Positions 36,090 through 42,466 of a DNA stretch of 42,466 bases are shown one piece after another (position 1 is the stretch's first letter; the number at the start of each line of letters is the position of its first letter). Source of the stretch: a virus (Duplodnaviria; Caudoviricetes). The position numbers and the translations under genes were made by a program. The stretch spans positions 1-42,466 of the IMG/VR virus record IMGVR_UViG_3300012232_000008, one strand, 5' to 3'. The notes below the pieces were generated by a model. That model had not been told where the DNA came from. It made no database searches and saw only the letters and a list, made by a program, of their open reading frames with translations.

Positions 36090-36518
36090 TTATTTAGTCG
36101 CCACTCCCCATTTTTTCTCCATCATTCTAAAGCCACCCATACCTAAGAGTCCAAATAATGCTTGAATAAGTACCTCGGTTTGAATTTGTGGTGTCACCAT
36201 CGGATGATGAAAAGCTGCTAACAAGAAAACAAAAACAGGTTGTACAACCGTTGCCCAAGCAAATCCACAAGCACACACCCACCCAACGAAGGGCCTCCAT
36301 CCAGAGACAAACAAGCTAGAGCTGGCCGCTTCCACTTTGTTAATTTCAACTTGAGAAGCATCTGCACTGAGCAGGAGCTTTGCAAACTCCATTTCTTGTT
36401 CTTTTAGCCTCAATTCTAATTCAATCTTAAGTTTCTCTTTCTCTTCGGTGTTCGGTATAACTTTATCTATAACTTTAAATATACTGGGAAGTAGCGCTGC
36501 TAGTAATGCTGGAATCAT
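36090..36518 (-). CDS. 3TM-type (GTA-like) holin
   Basis: QVEINKVEA...LFVSGWRPFVGWVC...LLGMGGFRMMEK. Confidence 0.85.
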   Translation of the reverse strand: MIPALLAALLPSIFKVIDKVIPNTEEKEKLKIELELRLKEQEMEFAKLLLSADASQVEINKVEAASSSLFVSGWRPFVGWVCACGFAWATVVQPVFVFLLAAFHHPMVTPQIQTEVLIQALFGLLGMGGFRMMEKKWGVATK

Positions 36519-36865
36519 ACGTCCATCTCCTCTTCAATTATCTTTCTAATCTGTCTTAATATACGCCCCACTCTTTGCTGAGAAATACCTAGCATCACTC
36601 CAATAGCGGTTTGAGACGTTTGTCCAGACAACACCATCTTAATAATCTCTTTCTGTTGCCCTTTAAGCTTTGGGGCAATCTTCTTTAATGCCTTGAACTG
36701 TTCTTCGGTTTTCTCGGAGACAGTACCGGGAGCCCATGGAGAGGCTCCTTCTGAAAAATTGTCTGTTTCCAATGCATCAAATCCATTGTGCTGACTAAGC
36801 CAATCTTGGTATGGGCTTTGCCCTTTCTCATAATTCTTATTTGTTCTCTCTTTTTTGCTGTGCAT
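36515..36865 (-). CDS. Sigma70 region 4-like HTH protein
   Basis: LKGQQKEII...SQTAIGVMLGISQQRVGRILRQI. Confidence 0.75.
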   Translation of the reverse strand: MHSKKERTNKNYEKGQSPYQDWLSQHNGFDALETDNFSEGASPWAPGTVSEKTEEQFKALKKIAPKLKGQQKEIIKMVLSGQTSQTAIGVMLGISQQRVGRILRQIRKIIEEEMDV

Positions 36866-37217
36866 TTACGTAAATTTCCTTTGTTTTTACTACCCAAACC
36901 CTTGGCGCTCGGCCTTTATATTTTTGATAAATCTTTGACTCTTCATCTTTTGATCCCACCCACAAATCTATCCGCTTCTTGTGTCTTTTATTCATACAAT
37001 CTTGAACAATACGATACCCAGTTCCTTCAACATATACAACATCACCATATTTAACAATACCATCTTTAAGTAAATCTTGACTAACAGCTATAACAGTAGG
37101 ATTAACTCTATGTCCAATAGATGTAACATAAGGAGTATCGTCAGTTTGTGTAGGCACACTTCTATATGCCGTACAAGTTAGGGTGCCGATATATATAGTG
37201 AAAGCTAATAAATTCAT
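36837..37217 (-). CDS. 3D-domain (double-psi barrel) cell-wall hydrolase
   Basis: TAY...QTDDTP.VTS.G, IAVSQDL, YG..V, VQD.M, RIDLW. Confidence 0.85.
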   Translation of the reverse strand: MNLLAFTIYIGTLTCTAYRSVPTQTDDTPYVTSIGHRVNPTVIAVSQDLLKDGIVKYGDVVYVEGTGYRIVQDCMNKRHKKRIDLWVGSKDEESKIYQKYKGRAPRVWVVKTKEIYVNAQQKRENK

Positions 37218-37306
37218 ATTAGTTTTCTAGGTGATCACTCCCAGCGAACACAACGACTCCTTCGGTATTCATGCTCTTTAGCTCGGCATTAATACCCTCT
37301 AATGCT

Positions 37307-37543
37307 TCAGTCAACCGCTTTAATAGGGCTTTTGTTTCCGCATCCATTTCCTTCCCCCAAATGCTTATATAGCTTTTTGTATTTCTTATTAGATTTCTTA
37401 ATAGCCTTATGAAGCGGCTTAGCTCCATCAAGATATCCAACAGCATATGCATAACTAGAGCTAAAATCACATAGCACATCCCCACATATACATTTCTTAG
37501 TGTTGTGAATTCGTATAATTCTCCTAGCTTCGGTAATAGTCAT
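37307..37543 (-). CDS. Hypothetical protein
   Basis: ATGA-coupled. Confidence 0.5.
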   Translation of the reverse strand: MTITEARRIIRIHNTKKCICGDVLCDFSSSYAYAVGYLDGAKPLHKAIKKSNKKYKKLYKHLGEGNGCGNKSPIKAVD

Positions 37544-37761
37544 TTCTTCTCTCCGTCCCCTAAAAAGGCCGTGGCTTTTGTAAGAACATCCAGTAATTTC
37601 TGTCTATACCCATGTATTTTTGCATGAGTACCTTCATTCCAATCTTCACTAAATGAAAGTCCTCTTGCAGCACCTACAAACTCTCTAAGTAACTGATCCT
37701 TTGCCTCAAGTTCTTCCTTCAGCTGACATAAACGTCTTTGCATTAACTCTGCCATGCTCAT
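37540..37761 (-). CDS. Hypothetical protein
   Basis: ATGA-coupled. Confidence 0.55.
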   Translation of the reverse strand: MSMAELMQRRLCQLKEELEAKDQLLREFVGAARGLSFSEDWNEGTHAKIHGYRQKLLDVLTKATAFLGDGEKK

Positions 37762-38084
37762 TTTAGTGGCTCCTTAAATTTGGCGAGGATCTTTTGGGCT
37801 TCCTTATCAAGTTCATTTTCAATCGCTATGATCGGGAAACTTCTATTCACATTAGGGCATTGGGTTGTGAGATGTTCCACATACATTTGGCGATACGCCT
37901 CTTTCTCCGCCCTTAGCTTGTCGAGTTCAGCCTCTAGTTTTACCGTTCCCGCCATTTCATGACGAAGATCGTCTTTGTATGCGTCACATTCAGCAATGGC
38001 AATTTCAAGACGGTTTCCTAAATCCACAATGTTGCCATCTTTTGGTTCAAAATCTAATTCCCTCTCCCTGTTATCGTCGGTCAT
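37758..38084 (-). CDS. Coiled-coil hypothetical protein
   Basis: GGAGG RBS; coupled to neighbours. Confidence 0.6.
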   Translation of the reverse strand: MTDDNRERELDFEPKDGNIVDLGNRLEIAIAECDAYKDDLRHEMAGTVKLEAELDKLRAEKEAYRQMYVEHLTTQCPNVNRSFPIIAIENELDKEAQKILAKFKEPLK

Positions 38085-38212
38085 TAAAGGTACCTCCCAA
38101 CCATTACTCCCAATACGAAAAACACCAATAAGTCGTCGAACACCATAAGCTGAATTGAACGAATAGGAGGAATCTTATTTCCGTCTTTATCCCATAAATT
38201 ACCAATTTTCAT
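38084..38212 (-). CDS. 42-aa membrane peptide
   Basis: Manual translation MKIGNLWDKDGNKIPPIRSIQLMVFDDLLVFFVLGVMVGRYL; GAGG RBS; TAATG coupling. Confidence 0.45.
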   Translation of the reverse strand: MKIGNLWDKDGNKIPPIRSIQLMVFDDLLVFFVLGVMVGRYL

Positions 38213-38288
38213 CGCACTTCCTCATTGTTAGTAGTTGACATATTTGTCAATTGTGTGCGGTTTACAGTAAGGATGGAACTGTAAACTC

Positions 38289-39485
38289 TTAGGCCTCAAT
38301 CTCAAAGACAAGAGAAGGATTTTCGTTACATTCCTGTACTGTAGGCCATTCACCATTCTCTTTTTGAAATTGCCAACGCCGAGCAGCTTGACAACTCTTT
38401 AGCCCTGGATCCACTGGTTCAATGTAATAAGGCCTCGTCCCATCATGTATTTCAGGGGACTCCATTTTAAGAAGTCGGGGCATTAGAGAGAATTTACGTT
38501 CTTTAAAATCATAGAGCTCATAATGGAGACATTTAGAAGGGTCAAACCATTTGTCTATTAAAGTTGTTCCTAACACCTTCATATACCTATCCCAGCCTAA
38601 TTTCTCGGCTATTGCTCTAGACACTTCACTATTCTTTTCGTTAGAGATTTCATCAGCGGACAGTTCTTCAGTATGCAGGACAATCCGTTCGCTCACTTTA
38701 GTGCCATGCAGCATCCATAAGCCCCATCCATCCGGCCATTTGATTGCTAAGCCAGAATCATTATGAAGCTGTCCATTTTGATCTCGATGAATTTCTTGTG
38801 GTCGTTCACAAACCATAATGAAAGATTGATTGGGCCACCAATAACAAGCGGATTGAATGATTTCAGCATAAACCGCTATGCGTTGGTTTACGTCGCTTTT
38901 AAATTTATAGCCACAAACATCAGTAAAAAAGGTAGTAAAAGACGCCCACGCTGGCCAAAGTTGGCCTCCCAGCCAATAGTGCCAGAAAATTTTTGGTTTC
39001 GCCGAATACACCGCCGAATACACCGCCGAATACACCTCCGAACGCACCGCCGAATCCACCGCCGAATGCACCTCCGAATACACCGCCGAACCCACCGCCG
39101 AATGCACCTCCGAATACACCGCCGAATACACCGCCGAATACACCGCCGAACGCACCGCCGAATCCACCGCCGAATTCACCGCCGAACCCACCGCCGAACC
39201 CACCGCCGAACGCACCTCCGAATCCACCGCCGACGATTTTTTCTTAGTCAACTGCTCAATAACCAATGCCGCAATAGGAGCAGCTAAAGCACCAACCATC
39301 GGAGAAGAAACTCGAATAATAGGCACATTTGAATTTAGTCCGGCGAATTTATAACAAGCCCTAGCCGCTTTTTCAAACCGTTCAAAATCCATTTCACCAG
39401 TTGTCAACCCTATTTTTATCCACCTATCTTTCCACTCAACCAATCGAGACTCTTGCTCTTCGGTTAGTTTATTAATCTTTGACAT
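38289..39485 (-). CDS. DUF6745-like protein with internal S-A/E-V-x tetrapeptide array
   Basis: KLTEEQ...W..IGL.T, VSSP, WWP....MVCERP.EIHRD..GQLHN..G.AI.W.DGW, N.EV.R, Y...V.P....C.AA..W. Confidence 0.85.
   Translation of the reverse strand: MSKINKLTEEQESRLVEWKDRWIKIGLTTGEMDFERFEKAARACYKFAGLNSNVPIIRVSSPMVGALAAPIAALVIEQLTKKKSSAVDSEVRSAVGSAVGSAVNSAVDSAVRSAVYSAVYSAVYSEVHSAVGSAVYSEVHSAVDSAVRSEVYSAVYSAVYSAKPKIFWHYWLGGQLWPAWASFTTFFTDVCGYKFKSDVNQRIAVYAEIIQSACYWWPNQSFIMVCERPQEIHRDQNGQLHNDSGLAIKWPDGWGLWMLHGTKVSERIVLHTEELSADEISNEKNSEVSRAIAEKLGWDRYMKVLGTTLIDKWFDPSKCLHYELYDFKERKFSLMPRLLKMESPEIHDGTRPYYIEPVDPGLKSCQAARRWQFQKENGEWPTVQECNENPSLVFEIEA
39000..39233 (-). repeat. 12-bp coding tandem array, 19.5 units, TCG G(C/A)G GTG N(A/G)T
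   Basis: Read unit by unit; 9 of 12 positions invariant. Confidence 0.97.
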
Positions 39486-39771
39486 TTTCCCATCCTGTAG
39501 GACTATACTGACGTTTAACCACCACTCGATAATTACCTGGTTTTAATGTAATGGTTTTATGTTCTTCATGTGACACTTTAGAGAGCTTAGAAACCTTTAA
39601 ATATAGCTTACCCTCTTTGGTTTCAAACAGTTCTCCTAAATCAGTACGGTGGGCATGTCCCGTCACTTCACCAAAAGCCAGCTCTTTACGAGCCAGTTTC
39701 TTTGCATCTTCTGGAATTGCATCCGTAGCTATGATTTGTACATCCCCATGTCTCCACATAATCTTTTTCAT
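39472..39771 (-). CDS. His-rich small partner protein of the DUF6745-like gene
   Basis: RHGDV...LAFGEVTGHAH...HEEH..I.L.PG.Y.V..KRQY. Confidence 0.8.
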   Translation of the reverse strand: MKKIMWRHGDVQIIATDAIPEDAKKLARKELAFGEVTGHAHRTDLGELFETKEGKLYLKVSKLSKVSHEEHKTITLKPGNYRVVVKRQYSPTGWENVKD

Positions 39772-39843
39772 TTCATTTCTCCTAGTATCGTCATATCTGT
39801 CGAATTAACTTATAAATTGTGTTTTATTCGTCATTATTGACGA

Positions 39844-40038
39844 CTACTCAGCCACTTGGGGTAGAGCGAACTTCTCAATGTAGAATATCCCTTTATCTGA
39901 GTTAAATTCTGCTGAATATTCTTGGCTAATTTTCAAATTGTCCAGCTTAACAAAAGGATCCACTGCAAACCAATTAGTTCCAAATTTAACCCGACGATTT
40001 TTATATGAAATTGCCTCTAACACACCTGTTTTAGTCAT
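39844..40038 (-). CDS. Small beta-rich hypothetical protein
   Basis: AAGGAG RBS. Confidence 0.6.
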   Translation of the reverse strand: MTKTGVLEAISYKNRRVKFGTNWFAVDPFVKLDNLKISQEYSAEFNSDKGIFYIEKFALPQVAE

Positions 40039-40145
40039 TTTCTTCTCCTTTAAGCATATTCGCTATTTACGAATATTTATTTGCTATTTCGTTCAAGTAC
40101 CTTTTTTGATACTTCAAAGAATCTATTATATCTATTAGATATATT

Positions 40146-40349
40146 TTAGATCCTTTTACTCTTAAGCTGAATCTCTTCCTCTGGGCCCATGCTTCTTATT
40201 TTTCTTTGTCCATATTCATTGAATGTAAGGAACAAAAGAAATTCATTTGAATAGTTCCATCCAATGCATTCAGCCACATCAAATTCAGCTCTAGTGCCTT
40301 GCTTTCGTATCAGATACTCAATCCCTTCTCGGCAATCTTTAGCTTGCAT
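40146..40349 (-). CDS. Small hypothetical protein
   Basis: AGGAG RBS. Confidence 0.55.
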   Translation of the reverse strand: MQAKDCREGIEYLIRKQGTRAEFDVAECIGWNYSNEFLLFLTFNEYGQRKIRSMGPEEEIQLKSKRI

Positions 40350-40495
40350 ACATTCTCCTATTTAGTATACACTATATATAGTTATATGTAAAGGCCTATT
40401 CTTCGTCTTCTTCTTCAACTTTTTCAATACATTCAAGTTGATTAATTAATATAATATCTTCCATTAGTTCATTCAGCCGCAAATTCGGGCACATG

Positions 40496-40816
40496 TCATT
40501 TCTCCTGAGTTGGATGCTTACGGCCTTGCAAAGCCTGTGTCAAATCATACATACATATCTTTAATTGAAGAGATGCATCTTCCTCAGGGTCATATTCCCC
40601 TATATAGCTTCCCCATGGGTCAAACATTGGACGACATCCACGGCTGAGAATGGGGAGGACATCCCTTTGATATGTAATCCTAGCTTCGTCTGCCCACTCA
40701 GCTAATGATTGCCCTTTAGTGTAAAAGTTATTTCTACCTATATTTTTCATTTGGTATTGTAGATATTTTAATCTATCTTGATAACTCTCCCAATCACCAC
40801 CAGGCATCATTTGCAT
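40496..40816 (-). CDS. Hypothetical protein, first gene of the long leftward operon
   Basis: AGGAG RBS, downstream of a strong promoter. Confidence 0.6.
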   Translation of the reverse strand: MQMMPGGDWESYQDRLKYLQYQMKNIGRNNFYTKGQSLAEWADEARITYQRDVLPILSRGCRPMFDPWGSYIGEYDPEEDASLQLKICMYDLTQALQGRKHPTQEK

Positions 40817-40878
40817 AATATTCTCCTATTAAAGCGGTTGAATAAACTGTTTCTTTGAATATTAAGAAGATTTAAGTA

Positions 40879-40907
40879 AATATACCATGTGTTATTCATT
40901 TTGTCAA
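40879..40907 (-). promoter_or_regulatory. Strong sigma70-like promoter TTGACA-N17-TATATT with extended -10
   Basis: Consensus -35, 17-bp spacer ending TGG. Confidence 0.75.
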
Positions 40908-41012
40908 TAGATATTTATTCTTAATACGGTCGCTACATTTCCTCTACAATTCATCTTGTGTTATTTTGTCTATTTAAAATGTTTAATAAAATCTGTTACA
41001 AATAAATGTCTC

Positions 41013-41041
41013 TTGCTTGTTAATTTCGATTATGTTATCTC
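41013..41041 (+). promoter_or_regulatory. Possible promoter TTGCTT-N17-TATCTC (extended -10 TG) aimed at the tRNA half
   Basis: Spacing correct; -10 ends 10 nt before tRNA position 1; hexamers imperfect. Confidence 0.4.
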
Positions 41042-41051
41042 TTTTCATCAT

Positions 41052-41094
41052 GCCCCCATCGTCTAGCGGCCTAGGACGCTGCCCTCTCAAGGCG
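41052..41094 (+). other. Probable attP core: 5' half of tRNA-Glu(CTC), not a complete tRNA
   Basis: GCCCCCA-TC-GTCTAGCGGCCTAGGAC-G-CTGCC-CTCTCAA-GGCG gives acceptor 5' strand, D-arm and anticodon arm, then AT-rich sequence with no T-arm; about 730 bp from the int stop. Confidence 0.85.
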
Positions 41095-41303
41095 TTCCTC
41101 ATTATTTAAACTAAATCCATAATAGATTGATTTTACGTATTGATTTCATTTTAATGAGTTTTATGGAAACCCCCATCATCCACATTTTGTCTACAAAGTT
41201 AGTTTAGACAGAAAATATAAAAGATTTCTTCGCCCTGCATTAGTGCTTGTTGTTCGTTATTCATAATCCCTCCATGCGAAGAGTGTAGCACGGAGGTGTG
41301 AGA

Positions 41304-41351
41304 ATCAAGTGATAGTTACATGAGAATTAGGTGAATAAATAATCACCTGAT
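41304..41351. promoter_or_regulatory. Two ATCA-N2-TGAT palindromes (41304-13, 41342-51); third copy at 41785-94
   Basis: AATCAAGTGATAGTTACATG, AATCACCTGATAATTGCATG, AATCATGTGATAGTTATGTG. Confidence 0.6.
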
Positions 41352-41402
41352 AATTGCATGAAAATCATGGTTTTTCATTTACAGATGGATTAATTTTACT
41401 AG

Positions 41403-41597
41403 ATGAAACAGCGAAAGAAAGACTATTGGCACAATAAACGAGGACTGAAGCAGGTGGCTGGGTTTCTATCCCCTAAAAACAAAGCTTTGTTACGTAGGAT
41501 AGCAAGAGAAACAAAAGATATGTCTCTAACTCATTTTATATCCCGGCTTCTTGAGAGACAAATTGAGGAATACCTTAAGTTAAAGCAAGACATTTAG
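41403..41597 (+). CDS. Ribbon-helix-helix DNA-binding protein
   Basis: QVAGFLSPKNKALLRRIARET..MSLTHFISRLL beta-alpha-alpha pattern. Confidence 0.7.
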   Translation: MKQRKKDYWHNKRGLKQVAGFLSPKNKALLRRIARETKDMSLTHFISRLLERQIEEYLKLKQDI

Positions 41598-41724
41598 GGC
41601 ATTCTCCAATAGGTTTCCATTCGCAGAGTTTTTTAAGTTCCTCCGCCCCTAAATACTCTTTCCAATCCCAGTAACAATAACGACATGTCCGCTCTACTAG
41701 TATCTTATCGCCTTCCATAACCAT
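41575..41724 (-). CDS. 49-aa zinc-ribbon protein
   Basis: GGAGG RBS; manual translation MVMEGDKILVERTCRYC...GECPKC. Confidence 0.5.
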   Translation of the reverse strand: MVMEGDKILVERTCRYCYWDWKEYLGAEELKKLCEWKPIGECPKCLALT

Positions 41725-41820
41725 AATCCCTCCAAAATGGGGAGCAGAGCCGAATCCCCTAACCAGTATTCGGATGCCCCCTAAATCATGTGATAGTTAT
41801 GTGACCTATACTAAATTTTT

Positions 41821-42466
41821 TTATTCTAATGTCTTTAAATTTTCAATAACAGCTGATGCCGGGGCTGGGGAAGAATCCCCTAATTTCAAGAGATTAATCA
41901 TGCTTTCTTCCCTCTTGGGACAGAGGTGGCCATAATGTTTATGAGTGAAATCCACCGAGTAATGGTCGAGCCATTTGGACACCATATTTATCTCAATTCC
42001 TTGACGAAGACATTGAGCCGTAAAGGTATGCCTCATAGTATGAATAGTCACGGCCTCTGGGTGTCTATCAGGTCTCCATAATCCCGCTAAGCGTACAACA
42101 GCATCATATCGTCTACGATAATTAACAAAATCTAAAAGGGGGCCTGTTTTATGGGCTGTTATAAGTCTTGGAAGAAGCTCCTGCATAATCCCGTTTATAG
42201 GGACATCATACGTTCCACCTGTCTTTGTTTTAAGGGCCTGTATCCGATTGCCTATAATATCCTTAGCCGTAACTCTAACAAGATTCCCTTTTCTAAACCC
42301 GGTGTTTAAAGCAAAGGTTAAAATATCCTTCATCCCATAATCACCCAAAGACTCGCATGCGCGTAACAGGAGATTTATTTCATTATCATCAAGCCATCTT
42401 ACACGAACATCATCTATTTTAAACCGACGTAATTTCATGAATGGGTTCTTCTGTATATACCCATTC
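41821..42466 (-). CDS. int: Tyrosine integrase, catalytic C-terminal part
   Basis: LNTGFRKGNL (R), KTKTG (K), HTMRHT (HxxR), WLDH, KHYGH (Y). Confidence 0.95.
   Translation of the reverse strand, partial: NGYIQKNPFMKLRRFKIDDVRVRWLDDNEINLLLRACESLGDYGMKDILTFALNTGFRKGNLVRVTAKDIIGNRIQALKTKTGGTYDVPINGIMQELLPRLITAHKTGPLLDFVNYRRRYDAVVRLAGLWRPDRHPEAVTIHTMRHTFTAQCLRQGIEINMVSKWLDHYSVDFTHKHYGHLCPKREESMINLLKLGDSSPAPASAVIENLKTLE
42344..42466. repeat. Terminal overlap copy of 1-123
   Basis: Exact match. Confidence 0.95.

Noticed and set aside
38132-38149. 18-nt exact inverted match to terL 5944-5961 (CTTATGGTGTTCGACGAC, both encoding LMVFDD)
   Set aside because: A single short match, both copies in sense orientation in their genes so not antisense; compatible with chance
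39000-39233. CRISPR or guide-RNA array
   Set aside because: 12-bp period, no spacers, in frame within a gene, no cas-like operon
38763-39287. + strand ORFs with RRIH and PPNT repeats
   Set aside because: Shadow frames of the 12-bp array; the - strand frame has the conserved domains and operon context
41052-41094. Complete phage tRNA gene
   Set aside because: No T-arm or 3' acceptor strand follows
42344-42466. 123-bp terminal repeat as a biological direct terminal repeat
   Set aside because: It lies mid-integrase, as expected for an assembler overlap of a circular contig

Overview
The window is a complete, circularly closing temperate phage genome of 42,343 bp (bases 1-123 recur exactly at 42344-42466, and the tyrosine integrase runs through that join). 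The + strand block from 5.0 to 25.0 kb is a podovirus-like virion module: TerS, a TerL split over two ORFs, portal, scaffold, major capsid, decoration, adaptor, nozzle, fibre and three ejection-type proteins, with no tape measure. A GT4 / methyltransferase / GT2 cassette is inserted between the head and tail genes. The - strand block from 25.1 to 40.8 kb carries replication and accessory genes: Prim-Pol helicase, a family A polymerase, nucleases, nucleotide-metabolism-like genes, scattered lysis genes, a lipoprotein serine protease and a DUF6745-like repeat protein. Highlights: (i) a 12-bp coding tandem array whose variation falls only on positions that would be adenine in a DGR-like template, although no reverse transcriptase is encoded; (ii) a PolA altered at several fidelity residues, with a Cys4 insert; (iii) an attP-like site carrying the 5' half, not the usual 3' half, of tRNA-Glu(CTC) behind its own promoter-like sequence; (iv) a highly structured non-coding region upstream of terS; (v) a candidate virion-glycosylation cassette. 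All family assignments are from motif recognition by eye; no database searches were run.
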